From assembly GCA_040437565.1 (NCBI GenBank), contig JBDOQK010000027.1, positions 248,001-312,000 of the forward strand: a stretch of 64,000 nt of DNA, given 5' to 3'. The position numbers and the translations under genes were made by a program. Origin of the DNA: Albugo candida. Lineage: Eukaryota. Under the pieces are notes generated by a model. That model was not told where the DNA came from. It did not search any database and worked only from the letters and a program-made list of their open reading frames with translations. Below, piece by piece: positions 12,701 through 26,022 of this stretch; within the stretch, counting starts at the first letter, position 1; each line of letters starts with the position of its first letter.

Positions 12701-14153
12701 ATATCTTGATCTAGACACAGCCGAGAGAAGACTTTGCAGATTGGAAGCGTATACTCCTCAGGGTGGAAATGATCGCTCTCAGTGAGTGCTTGAAGGCGAT
12801 TCAGAAGCGTAATCAGCATTCCACTAACTTCAGTATCGCCAAGCTGTTGACGTCCAACCTCTACGAAGAATACGTATCATACAAAGTAAAGGAATTAGAC
12901 GGACGTACGCGAATGGCTACACAGCTCGAAAATGCCCAACGTTGTGACCACAAGACTTTTGTTCTCAGCGGAATCAATTTGTATCAGAAGGTTGCTCAGG
13001 CAAGGAAAAGCTGGCAGGATGTCGGTTATCGTTGCCTCGAGATCGTCGCTATCTTTAATGGCTGATAGATAAGCGTGGAAACTCTCGACCGCAGCTTTCC
13101 TCAATGGCTCTGAAGTTGTGGTATCAATCACCCGAGTGAGCGAAGCCACCAGAGTCAAAGTCGGAGAAGTAAACATCGTCAAATTGCCAGTCTTGCGCAG
13201 CAGCAAATGGAGCAATTCCAGCGCCAGACTCTTGGAATCTGAGATGAGAAACCTCGACATTCGTCTCGAGACTCGTACCTGTACGTCTACTGGGATTTTC
13301 ACATTCAGAAGATTAACAATCAGATCGCCTCCTTTCCAATTCCCATCCGATGCAGCACATCGTGAAAGCAGTAACGAAGCTGACGGACACAAGTGAGAAG
13401 AGTCTAAGATCTATCAATTGCTACAAAGCCTCACCATTGCAGTCACAGGAATCAGCGGTCGAATTCTCTTTGCGCTCGGTCACAAAGCTGATGAGGAGAT
13501 CTAAGGCCGCTTTGATGAGGTCTGGGGTCTACACCACTCAATCAAGAATGCTCCATCCGCACGAAATCGTACATACTTTGACTTGAGCAATAAAACTCAT
13601 CAANNNNNNNNNNNNNNNNNNNNNNNNNNNNNNNNNNNNNNNNNNNNNNNNNNNNNNNNNNNNNNNNNNNNNNNNNNNNNNNNNNNNNNNNNNNNNNNNN
13701 NNNACAATCAGATCGCCTCCTTTCCAATTCCCATCCGATGCAGCACATCGTGAAAGCAGTAACGAAGCTGACGGACACAAGTGAGAAGAGTCTAAGATCT
13801 ATCAATTGCTACAAAGCCTCACCATTGCAGTCACAGGAATCAGCGGTCGAATTCTCTTTGCGCTCGGTCACAAAGCTGATGAGGAGATCTAAGGCCGCTT
13901 TGATGAGGTCTGGGGTCTACACCACTCAATCAAGAATGCTCCATCCGCACGAAATCGTACATACTTTGACTTGAGCAATAAAACTCATCAAAAGGGGAAC
14001 CACTTGCTCCTCCTCACGCACGAAATACGAATTCTCGAGACAATAGTCGATCCCCAAGCGCTTCTTCTTCACATCTTTGGACTTGAGGTTTTTGATCTGT
14101 TTTTTCGCTTGGGCTTTTTCTTTAGCGCTCTGTTGTGTGACATCTTTACTCAT
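9790..14153 (-). CDS. Large helical (ARM/HEAT-like) protein with C-terminal ankyrin repeats; multi-exon, interrupted by a gap with duplicated flanks
   Basis: ORFs 13926-14153, 12895-13392 and 9790-12819 are collinear. Ankyrin motifs GLTSLM, GQSLLH, GQTPLHLAFLYGHMDVV and GSTALHYA. Exon boundaries are approximate. Confidence 0.7.
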
Positions 14154-14165
14154 TTACAGTCTCCG

Positions 14166-14792
14166 ATGACCAAAGTCGAAACGACGTTTATTTCGAGTCA
14201 AATGAGCGCTTCTGTCGATCGATTTGAGGAATCAGAGACGAGTGAGCACGTGGATGTGGCATTCCGAACACGACGCGATATGCGTCGTGTTATATTTGAG
14301 CAATTCTCAGAGCGAGAAAATCAGCAAATTTTGGATGATGAGCCAGAAATTATTGTGATTCCAACGCGACAAGCAGAAAGTCATATAATTTCGGGTGGGA
14401 ACAAGCAAAAATGGCGACAAGATCGCAGTCATCGTCGTGTGCGTTTTGGTCAGACATCAGCTCCGGTTGTTCCGGTCGACCGCGAGGTTGAGATGTCGAT
14501 TGGTAAAGAAGCTTCAGAGCCCGAAGACCCAAACAGCTCTTTTGATCGATATTCCTCGAAATGTGAATCGGATGGGAGTTCGGAACAGGACGATGAAACA
14601 CACGCTGATATGTTGCATCCACGGTATCGTATCATCAAACAGAATGAATGCAAGTACACAGCAAAGCTTCTCATTCCTGCAAGTAATCCATTATACCTTG
14701 GTCGATTCAAGACTGAAAGTGCAGCACTTGATGCGTGCAAAAGCGCGCTCAATCGGGTAACACCGCGACAGGAGGTAGATCACCGACTGTAG
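14166..14792 (+). CDS. Acidic protein with a C-terminal AP2/ERF-like motif
   Basis: ORF 13971-14792, with ATGs at 14166 and 14202. C-terminus KYTAKLLIPASNPLYLGRFKTESAALDAC resembles the AP2 'YLG-F-T-E-AA-A' signature. Confidence 0.5.
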   Translation: MTKVETTFISSQMSASVDRFEESETSEHVDVAFRTRRDMRRVIFEQFSERENQQILDDEPEIIVIPTRQAESHIISGGNKQKWRQDRSHRRVRFGQTSAPVVPVDREVEMSIGKEASEPEDPNSSFDRYSSKCESDGSSEQDDETHADMLHPRYRIIKQNECKYTAKLLIPASNPLYLGRFKTESAALDACKSALNRVTPRQEVDHRL

Positions 14793-14868
14793 GAATAGAC
14801 ATTGCATAGATGCGATCGCTATATCGGCAAAAAGTGTTGTGAAAATGGAATGTGTTTTATCTTTGATC

Positions 14869-15675
14869 TTAGACTACGATTTGTGAGGCTCTCGGAGACG
14901 CTGGGCCTGATGAATTGGAGTATGTTATTTGTGGCATAGGCTCCGAATCGTTCATTTCCTCTACGTGTGTCATTTGTGCTTGATATGCCGGATGCTACAA
15001 CGGCAATCACTCAGGGGATACCGCGTATATACACTAAATTGGGACTTACGCGGTAAATTAGGAAGAAATTGATGGACGCGAGGCTTAAGAATGCGACTCC
15101 GATCAAAATACCAACCAAGCCTAACGAGAATGCCAGAAATGCAATTCTAGAAACACAAAATTGGTGAGATGGGAAGAAGCATATCGGTGCAAATAGCTCA
15201 CGTACGAAACAATATAACAAGCTCGTCCAGGTGCGGTGAACATGAATCCAAAATTGACTTTTACTTTCTCCGCGAATCGCGGGAATCGATCATGATTCTC
15301 AATGAAAACCAATCCTGCTGCCAAAAACCTGCATCTCGTATCAGTCAAAGCCGCAAATAGTGTGTCATCGTACATGATATAAGTGTACACAAGGAATTGC
15401 TCATAATCGTGCACTCGGAACAACGCGATGAAAGAAGCGAGTTCTAAAATGCCAGCTCCGACCAAATTAGCTAATCGGAGATACCCATTGATACGCGTAA
15501 TGTCAGTATTAGCGATCTTCTCCCTGATCGTGTCTGCCTTCTCTCGTATCGAGTCTGGAACTCGTATTCCCGAGCCCAAATGACCTGTCGAGGAGGATTG
15601 CCCTGATGCCGCCGCTAGAGGCACAGGAGGCGGAGATTTGGCTGGAGCGGATCTTGCGCTGTTCGGTTCCATCAT
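14869..15675 (-). CDS. COPI-associated / TVP15-like Golgi membrane protein (4 exons)
   Basis: Several hydrophobic helices and the motif NFGFMFTAPGRACYIV. Last exon HPAYQAQM...QIVV* ends at 14869. Confidence 0.7.
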
Positions 15676-16049
15676 GTCGTACCGCTCACTTTCTTTCTAT
15701 TCGCGTTATTGAGATCTCTGGCGACCTTAGAATTGAATCAAAGAAAAAAATCTGTTATTTCTTTGTCGCACAGATCTTACGCGAAATTCCGAGGGGACGG
15801 CTANNNNNNNNNNNNNNNNNNNNNNNNNNNNNNNNNNNNNNNNNNNNNNNNNNNNNNNNNNNNNNNNNNNNNNNNNNNNNNNNNNNNNNNNNNNNNNNNN
15901 NNNCGCGAAATTCCGAGGGGACGGCTATTTTTTACCAGGAAGGCTCCTATACAAATTCTCAGTGACTGTCTTTACTATCAAACACTCATTACATTACTTT
16001 ATCGAATCTCATGGGGAAAATCAAAAAATCGATCTCTTCATCGCGGGCA

Positions 16050-19000
16050 TCACATTAACGCACACACATTGGCATTATCCTCTTCGTCTTCACGATACGA
16101 ATCCTTATCAGCGCTCTGTGACTGCTCTGTGAACGAGCACGCAAACGCAAAATTCCGCTTCAGGTATCCTTGCAAGAGGCGATGTTCTTTTTTCAGCAGG
16201 TCATAAGTGCTTTGGACTATCTCCAATTCCTGCTGCACGTTCATCGGGCCTTTGGAAGCTTCCAGTTGTTGGGCATTCATTACACGTTCACATCCAACTT
16301 GGAGTCTGAAAGCGACTTTCGACACGCGTAATGCCGCAACATAAGCCGATGAACCTTTGAGGGAATGGGCTTCTCGACGCATTGTTGTGATATCGCGAGA
16401 TTGATAACAGGTGTCAATGCGGGATACGATTTGATCACAACTCACTGCGAATTTCTTCAGCAAACTCACGAAAAGCTCTTCGTGACCACCACATTGATCA
16501 ACTCCAAGTCCAAAATTGATCGGATCACCCTCCGGAATCGCAATGTCCATGGGATTGGTGCTCATTATCGACGAAGGTGGATCGACTGGAGTGGCTAGTT
16601 GTACCTTGGCCACAATCGGCTGCGGGATTCTGTTGTTGACAGCCAGAATCGTATCCGCAAGATCATGGGCTCGTTCGGGAAGAGATAGTTTGGGAATTGT
16701 CTGTTCTCGAGCATTTAAAGCAACTCGTTTCTCATCGCTGCGTTGACTTTGACTTCCAAAATCGGTTCCTGATCCCATTCCACACATTTTCGACCTTCGA
16801 TTACGCGATCGTATGCTTTTCTTTCCAGGGAATGGGGGATGACTCCATAGAGTTGGATTCCCTTTTGGATACGTGCCACTGTGTATCTGTCGCCTTCGTC
16901 GTCGTGATTTTCTACAGCCACGATCAAAAGTACCGCTCCTTTCAAGACTTCGTACCCCACTGATGCGTTCTCGACCGGGAAGATCGGATCGTTCGGATGA
17001 TCGAGTGAGCAAAGAGCAGAGTGATGCCTCTCTGTCGTCATCTTTCACTTCTTCATCACTATCCTCTTCTTCAAATCCATCATGGAAACTCGCAGGAAGA
17101 GTTGCAGAAATAATGGATGCTCGACTCTGCTTCCATGTCAATTGCAAGGATGTGTTGCCCAATGATGAACGCAAGGACGATGACTGATGAGCTGAAGATC
17201 CAGCGCTGAAGATGCTATTCACAGGCGCACCGGGCCGAAACGAGTACGCGGCTTGATGGTATCGATTCGCTGCCATCGGATTATCCAACTCCAAATTTGA
17301 TATCGCATTCGCCAAATCCAACTGTTGCATATGACGTGATGCTGGCATGAGTCTTGGTGCAAAACATGATGGTGACGAGCCTGTGCGCATAGAATTCGTT
17401 TTCTCGCTCTCCTGTTTGGGCGCCATTCTCTCTGAGCGCGGAGATCGTTCCTTTGTTGGTGATACTATACGTTCCATCAATCGTGGGGAAGTCGCCGGGT
17501 ACAAAGTCGTTGTGGTCGTTGTGACCTTGAGCGGGTCAGAAGTTGGTTTCGACGACAGTTTGGTCGTTGTTGTGGTCGTTGTAGTCATCGTCAGTGTCGT
17601 CGGTCCCGAGCCAGGATTCGAATTCAGTCCGGTAGAGTTGGTAGGGCCTTTGATACCAAGATACTTGACCCGCATCCATTGCCGGATTGCTTTCCGTAAC
17701 GTGACTTTGGAAATCGGCTTGACAATGAATTCATCCATTCCTGCATCCAAACATTTCTGTCGATCTCCACTCATCGCGTACGCTGTCAATCCAAGAATCG
17801 GCATGTGGGAAAGATTGTGTTGTGCTTCGAATTGGCGGATCGTTCGTGTAGCGGTGTATCCGTCCATGACAGGCATCTCACAGTCCATAAACACCATATC
17901 GAATTCCTCATGGTGTCCCACATACGCGTCGACTGCCCGACGTCCATTGACTTCCCATTGCAGCATATGATCGTCTTCCTGGAGGTAGCATTTGACAACT
18001 TCCCAATTGAATTCATTATCTTCGACCACAAGAATACGAGCTTGGCTTGGAATCACTGTGAACGACAACGGACCTGGCATATTCGAGCTGATGATGGCAT
18101 TCTTATCGCTCATTGCGTCTGTGTACGTTGTCTTGGTCTCCAAGGGAGCTGCAAACGTATCTGTGACCACGACATCATCCGAAGCGTACAGAGCGTCATC
18201 GTTCTGATGCAGCATTATCTGCTCTTCATCGAGTAAGCGAACCACCACGGTGAAGTAGAAATTGGATCCTTGGTTCAATTCGCTGTCCACATCGATTTCT
18301 CCATCCATTAGCTGCACCAACTGCTTACAAATCGCCAAGCCAAGTCCCGAGCCTGTTGGATTATTCTGTCGAGTGCGTTCGAGTTTCGTGAAGAGTGAGA
18401 ACAATCTTGAGCGCTCTTCTGCATCCATACCGACGCCCGTATCAATCACTTGGAATAAAAGCTTTTTAAACTGCGGAGGAAGAGAAGGCTCAAGCACGAC
18501 ATTGCATGTGACCGTGATCGAGCCTTCCGATGTGAATTTAATGGCATTGGAAAGCAAATTCAAAAGGATCTGACGTAAGCGTACAACATCGCCAATTACC
18601 ATTTTGGGGACATCTTTACCGCATTTTTGCTCCAAAATGATATTTCGCTCGCGAGCTTTGAATTTGAAGATCTCAATCGAGTAATCCAACAAGTCGTGCA
18701 TGTGGAATGGAGCCGCTGTGATTTCCATATGACCCGCTTCGATTTTCGACAGATCGAGAATATCGTTGATCAAATTGAGCAATAACGAGCCAGAAACATA
18801 CGCCATATGAACGTGTCGTTCCGAATTCTTGTCGAGATTCTTCTTTTCTTTAAGAAGTTCCAGCATACCGAGAACACTGTTGAGAGGTGTTCGAAGCTCG
18901 TGGCTGAATGACGCGAGGAAATTTACTTTGGCAGCTTCCATCTGCTTACGTGCAGTGTAGTCCTGTCCGACTCCGATGGCGCCTCGAATATTCCCGTGCA

Positions 19001-22000
19001 TATCCTTCTTACTCGAAGCATTGACCAGCAGCAATAAGAACAGCCCTTGCTTGGTGGTCATCGGCAGCTCCATTTCGCCCACATCGACTCCAATCAGCGC
19101 CTGATTGAGCAATTGACGCACTTGCTGACGACTTTCGGGGATGATGAACGTGTTGACGAGTGATAGTCCCAATACAGTTGCCTTGGAATATCCCGTGATT
19201 TCTTCAATCTTTTGATTCCACTCGTTGATATTCCCAATGGTATCAACGCCAAAAATTGGAGCATTCGCAGTGTCAATCAGTCTGAAATACTCGTGTTCCT
19301 GGGCAATACGATCCGTGATATCTTGTCCGATGCCTACGACCCCCACAATCGTTCCATTCGAATCCATTCGCGGTGTCGCATTTAAAAGGATCTCAATACG
19401 AGTTCCAGGACGAGTGATCAGCGGAAATTCGAAATTGGCGGTCTGAATACCTTTCAAAGCTTTAGAGAGCACATCCGCGACAATCGGCCGATATTCAGGA
19501 GATATAAATGTCTCGACAAGATTTTCGCCCATGACTTCAGCAATCGAGTAACTGGTGATTTGAGCTGCCTTCTTGTTCCAAATGTTGACACACATATTTG
19601 CATCGACACCGAAAATGGGAGCGTTGGCAGTGTCAATAAGACGCGAGTATTCTTGCTCCTGCGCAATCCGATCCGTGATATCTTGACCGATCCCCACCAT
19701 TCCCATGACCTTTCCATGTTCGTTGAAGCGGGATGTTGCATTCAAAAGGATTTCCACACGACGACCCATTTTCGTGATCAGAGGAAATTCAAAGTTTGCA
19801 GTTTCAATGCCATCGAGAGCTTTTGCAAGCACGGATCGCACGGCGTCTTTGTAATCATCTGTGATGAATTTCTCGACGAGATTTTCCCCCATCACATCCG
19901 AAGGAGTGTACTGTGTGATCTCAGCGGCTTTCTTGTTCCAAATATTGACACATCCATTGTTATCGACACCAAAGATGGGCGCGTTGGCCGTGTCGATGAG
20001 TCTTGTATACTCTTGTTCTTGAGCGATACGCTCGGTGATATCCTGTCCGATACCGACGACACCGACGATTCCCCCGTGCTGATCAAATCTCGCAGTTGCA
20101 TTCAGCAGAATGTTTACATGTCGTCCTGTCTTCGTGACGAGCGGTACTTCGAAATTTGCACCTTCATCGCCCTTTAGCGCATCGCTAAATACTTCAGCGA
20201 CAGCAGCACGATAATCTTCTGGGATGAATGTGTCCACAAGCTTCTCCCCAAGTACTTCCTCGGTGGAATACTGAGTGATCTCAACCGCTTTTCGATTCCA
20301 AATATTCACACAGCCATTCACATCGACACCGAAAATCGGAGCACTCGCTTTATCGATAAGTCGCGAGTATTCTTGCTCTTGCGCGATACGATCGGTGATA
20401 TCCTGACCGATGCCAACCATTCCCATCACTTTGCCATACTCATTGAAACGCGGTGTCGCATTCAGTAGGATTTCAACACGACGACCCGTTTTGGTGATCA
20501 GAGGGAACTCGAAATTCGCAGTTTCTGTGCCATGTAATGCTTTCTGAAGCACAAATCCCACTGCTTGCTTGTAATCGGTCGTGATAAACTCTTCCACGAG
20601 ATTCTCTCCCATTACGTCAGACTGTGTGTATTGTGTGATCTCTGNNNNNNNNNNNNNNNNNNNNNNNNNNNNNNNNNNNNNNNNNNNNNNNNNNNNNNNN
20701 NNNNNNNNNNNNNNNNNNNNNNNNNNNNNNNNNNNNNNNNNNNNAAACGTGCGTATTCCTGTTCTTGAGCGATTCGATCGGTGATATCTTGTCCGATACC
20801 AACGACGCCGACAATATGTCCGAGCTGATTGTATCGAGGAGTAGCGTTGAGTAATATCTCCACTCGTCGACCCGCTTTTGTAATCAGTGGAAAGTTGAAA
20901 TTCGCTCTTTGTACTCCTTGTCGAGCCTGTGTCATAACGAGACCCACAGCTGAGCGATACTCTTCCGAGATGAATTGCTCGACTAAATCTTTCCCCATAA
21001 CGTCGTCAGGTGAGTACTGTGTGATCTCCGCGGCTTTCTTGTTCCAAATATTGACCAAGCCTTTCATATCGACACCAAATATCGGAGCATTGGCAGTATC
21101 AATCAAACGAGAATACTCTTGCTCCTGAGCGATCCGATCAGTAATATCCTGCCCAATACCAACCATTCCCATCACTTTTCCATGCTCATTGAATCGCGGT
21201 GTGGCATTCAATAAAATTTCCACTCGACGGCCATCTTTTGTGATAAGTGGAAATTCAAAATTCGCCGTCTCCGTGCCATTTAACGCTTTCTGAAGCACAA
21301 ATCCAACCGCCTGCTTATAGTCATTTGTAATGAACTTTTCAACGAGATTCTCTCCCATGACGTCAGACTGCGTGTACTGTGTGATTTCTGCAGCCTTTTT
21401 GTTCCAAATATCCACTAATCCATTCTCATCGACTCCAAAGATGGGAGCATTCGCAGTGTCGATAAGCCGTGAATACTCTTGTTCTTGAGCAATACGAATA
21501 GTGATATCTTGTCCGATTCCAACGACGCCGATAATCACACCTTTTTCATCGTATCGCGGAGTAGCATTCAGCAGAATCTCGAGCCTTCGCCCTGCTCGAG
21601 TGATCAGAGGAAATTCGAAATTCGCTGTTTCCGTCCCCTGTAATGCGCGAAGAAGAACCCCGCCAACATCTTCCTTGTATTCATCTGGGATAAACTCATC
21701 GACCAAACTAGCTCCAAGAACATCGAGCACAGAGTATTCCGTGATTTGTGCGGCTTTCCTGTTCCATATGTTCACACGACAGTCTTTATCGACGCCAAAT
21801 ATCGGAGCATTGGCTGTATCAATGAGCCTAGTGTACTCTTGCTCTTGAATTCTGCGGTCTGTGATGTCTTGACCGATCCCAACAACCCCGCTGATATTTC
21901 CCAAGTGATCGTACTTGGGTGTTGCATTCAGCAAGATATCCAAACGCCTACCGGATTTCGTCTTGAGTCCAATCTCAAAAATCGCTGTCTCGAGCCCATT

Positions 22001-23805
22001 CAAAGCCTTTGCCAGGACCTCACTTACGGCCTCTCTAAAGTCCGATGAGACAAAATTCAAAACATTCTGACCCATCGTGTCTTCGTTTGTGTATTGAGTG
22101 ATAGTAGCAGCTTTTTTATTCCAAATAATAATTCGGTAATCGCGATCAACACCAAAGATTGGTGCATTAGCGGTATCAATCAGCCGAGAGTACTCTTGCT
22201 CCTGAATGATCCGATCCGTGATGTCTTGTCCAATTGTAATTACACCAGCAATCTTACCTGTGCAATCGTATGTTGGAGTTGCATTCAGCAGTATTTCAGC
22301 TTTACGTCCCTGTTTTGTTACGAATGAGACTTCACAATTGGCCGACTCGATTCCTTGTAATGCTTTATTGATCACTGTCTCCACAGCAATTCGATCATCT
22401 TTTGCTATAAAAGTCTCCACTAATTTCTGACCCATGACTTCTGATGGGATGTATTCAGTGGTTGCTTCTGCTTTCTTGTTGAAAATGACGATACGACCGC
22501 TTGTATCGACACCAATGATCGGTGCATTCGCCGAGTGAAGTAGCTTCTCATGCTCCACTTCCTTGGCATTTTTCTCAGTGACATCTTGCCCAATAGCTAC
22601 CACACTTATCACCGAGCCTTTGCGGTCGAAACGGGGAGTAAAACACACAGCAATCTCGACCAATCCTCCCGTTGCATTGATTAATCGGAGCGTTGAACTC
22701 ACTCCAGCGATCCCAAAAATTGACGCTTGTTGAATACTTTGTGCTACCAATTGTCTTGATTTGTCTTCCACGAGCGGTAAAATAGACATACCAATCACAT
22801 CGGCAGCCTTATAACCCGTCAAAGAAGCTGTTTTCGCATTCCAAGCAGTGATATTCGCGTCCTTATCCAATTNNNNNNNNNNNNNNNNNNNNNNNNNNNN
22901 NNNNNNNNNNNNNNNNNNNNNNNNNNNNNNNNNNNNNNNNNNNNNNNNNNNNNNNNNNNNNNNNNNNNNNNNGGAGTAAAACACACAGCAATCTCGACCA
23001 ATCCTCCCGTTGCATTGATTAATCGGAGCGTTGAACTCACTCCAGCGATCCCAAAAATTGACGCTTGTTGAATACTTTGTGCTACCAATTGTCTTGATTT
23101 GTCTTCCACGAGCGGTAAAATAGACATACCAATCACATCGGCAGCCTTATAACCCGTCAAAGAAGCTGTTTTCGCATTCCAAGCAGTGATATTCGCGTCC
23201 TTATCCAATTCCACAATTGGAGCTTTCGCTTGCATCATCACATGAGCATATTGTCGTTCCTGAACTTGGCGTTCTGTCGCATCATTACCAATTCCGTACA
23301 ACCCAGCCACTTTATTTGTCATAGGATCCAACACCGGTGTAAGGCTGGTCGCGATGTATACCAGCTGGTTGCAGTTTGTTAGAATTCCAAGCCGGATATT
23401 CTTCTTGGATTTATCTTCTCTTACAACACTTTCCAGTACTTGTTGGACCTCTTCTGCAGTAGATACTGTGCATATAATATCGACCAAAGGCTTTCCAATT
23501 ACTTCGACTGATTTCCATCCAGTGAGGCTTTCCAGTCTTGCGTTCCAAAACCGGATTCTAAAGCTTGTGTCGGTTCCAAAGACTGGAGCGAATGCTTCCA
23601 TCAAAATTCGGGAAAAAAAAGCCGGAAAGGGAGTGGAGCCCTCTTCAGTGAGAATATTTCGCTTATTTGATGGTTCATGGAGCGATTCAGCGTCAAGCTC
23701 GAGGATTCGGGTCGAAATCGAGTCTGAGTCTTGCTCCAAGTTTTCATCCTTTTTTCGACTATTTTTTCTGCTTTTTCCGGTGTTTGGTGCGTGTCGACGA
23801 GACAT
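16050..23805 (-). CDS. Hybrid (unorthodox) sensor histidine kinase: at least 12 PAS, HisKA, HATPase_c, REC, HPt
   Basis: Three ORFs split only by N gaps. PAS repeats ANAPIFGVD...WNKKA...GIGQDIT; H-box SHELRTPL; N/G boxes QILLNLLSNAIKFT, DTGVGM and GSGLGLAI; receiver VVEDN...FMDCEMPVMDG...KP; HPt AHSLKGSS. Confidence 0.96.
18950..23610 (-). repeat. Tandem ~360-nt (120 aa) PAS-coding repeats
   Basis: Equivalent E-Y-x-R codons recur at 19285, 19645, 20005 and 20365 (exact 360-nt spacing) and continue upstream. Confidence 0.9.
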
Positions 23806-24291
23806 CCAATAGCGGATTTATGTAGGCAGTCTTTTTGTTGTTGTTATAGATAGCTGCCGCTTGCGTATCGAGAGATAGCAAAGTCGGTCGATCCAGCGAT
23901 GCTTAAGGAGATACTTTCTAAATTATGAGGTAGGAAGCGGTTATTTTCGAAAATATTAAGAAAAAGTGAGAATGTTTTAATGACAGCACGAGAGAATATG
24001 TCAAGTGTCAAGTTTTTTCTAAGGATTAGGTTCTATTTACACCGAATGTAATCAATTTTCAGCTTCATTTCCGACAGATAACAGTCGCGCTCTTGAACCG
24101 GTAGAGGCATGTCTAATTGCAGCGTCATATTTGGTGCGACTCGGATCATAGAGTCGATCCGTTCACTAGCGATCATGTACATAAAAGGCTTTAAACGTCA
24201 TTCAGATTCTTGTATTTACTAGGTGTAGGGAATGCTAGTTTTATTTTAAACGAATTAAAGAACGTTTCATATAGATCGATAACTTGATTGG

Positions 24292-26022
24292 ATGATACGT
24301 ACTCTACCAATGCTACTGAGCCAAATGCGTATGTCTTTGCATCAGACGTATAGAAATGCGAGGCTTCACGCGTATGTGTATGAGAATATTCGAATATTGC
24401 ACACTAAATCGCATGGTAAAAAGAAAGAGAAGGAAGAGAAAGCCAGAATAGCCACTGAACGGGAACAGAATTGGCAAGAAATGCGAAAGCGGATGGCAGA
24501 AGCTCAGTTTGCTGCAATGACTCAGAATGCGACAAGTAAGGAGAGTAAAATACGAGCTAGAGATCAGATGCGAATGAAAAGATTGGGATTATATCCGGAG
24601 AAAGATACGTCAAACGGCCTGAATGACGATTTTTCGTCGCAACTGCATGATCAAAAATCAATACCAAAACGACGTGCTACGTCGGAAGAAAAGAAGAGAT
24701 TCACAAATCTTCAAGATGCACCAGATGCCGTGTTACAACGTGAGTTCACTGAGCCAGATGAACCTGAAGACTCGAAGGCATTGGAAGTTGCTGTGATAGG
24801 TCGACCCAATGCTGGAAAGTCATCAATCATCAATTTTCTACTACGAAGCAATGTACGTTTACTATGCGAATTCGCGGCTAGCATTGATAGATTGTATACT
24901 TAGGTATCAGCAGTCTCTCAAAAGTACAACACGACACGTGAACGAGTGCTCGGAGTTTTGACCGAGAAAAATACTCAGATCACATTTCATGACACGCCTG
25001 GACTCATCAAGCCTCAGTATGAATGCTTATCTCCATCACTTTTATTGTTGACGGAATACGCTCTTTCTAGGGAAAATCATCTTTATGTGCGATCGTTGGT
25101 GACAACTGCAGCCGATACCGTTGAAAGCGTTGATTTGTCTCTCTTGGTGGTCGATGCGGTTAAAAGATTGGATGATGCAGCATTGCAAGCGATCGAGAAA
25201 GTTCTTATAGGATCCGCTCAAGTAGGCGCTCCCACCATGCTAATCATGAACAAGGTTTGGTAGGGGCCTTCTTTCAATCAAATGTACTAAGACTCTTTGG
25301 TGTCTCAGTATGATCTTGTTCGAGAGCACGATTTGAAAAGCGTCGATATTCGGATAGGAGTACTTTCAACCATGATTGAAGAAATCTATCAAAAGCACCA
25401 TAATTCAAAAGCTGAAATGCTCTTTGCCAATCCAGCTCAATACACTGGACCTAGCTGCTTCAAAACATCTGCTCTTCAAGGACGAGGCTTACGAAAATTA
25501 AGGTCCCGGTTGTTAACACACGCAGTAGAGCGTCCATGGTATTTATCAGACGGTGCTCCATCTGCTTCTGACTCAAAGTTGACAGGAATTTCCATTCATC
25601 CGTAAAGTCGACACAGTCCGATCTCGAAATGGTGACGGAAATCATTCGCGCGCAATTATTCACTCGATACAATCAAGAGCTACCATACAATATTCTGCAG
25701 GAGAACGTGTACGCAATCGGATTGAATACGGTACTCGCAGCTGACTTCGGAATGATTGCGTAGAGGCTGGACTCGTTTCAAGGACGGGAGCATCCGAATC
25801 GATCAAGATATATTTGTACGAATACATTACGTGATCACGCACACATAGCCGCTAACCGCATTCTTATTCGCAAAGGTGCCCAGAGCACGTCATGTTCGAA
25901 TCATTATTGGCCAGAATGGCGATGCAATTCGTCAAGTTGGTGTTCAAGCTCGAGCAGAGATCGAAAAGCTATTAGAGAAACGCGTTCACCTTTATCTCAA
26001 CGTGAGAGTCAAGTCTGGCTAG
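24292..26022 (+). CDS. era: Era-family GTPase (ERAL1-like, probably mitochondrial), multi-exon
   Basis: G1 GRPNAGKS, VSAVSQKYNTTRERV, DTPG, NK|YD, EIIRAQLF...QELPY, and KH-like IIIGQNGDAIRQVG...VHLYLNVRV. The N-terminus is basic and presequence-like. Confidence 0.9.

Noticed and set aside
17500-17600. Thr-codon repeats in the kinase linker
   Set aside because: Ordinary low-complexity coding sequence.
17347-20177. Long antisense ORFs (17347-17970, 19560-20177)
   Set aside because: Shadows of the kinase reading frame with no independent protein motifs.
18950-23610. CRISPR-like or satellite array
   Set aside because: The repeats are 360-nt protein-coding PAS units with synonymous divergence and no spacers.
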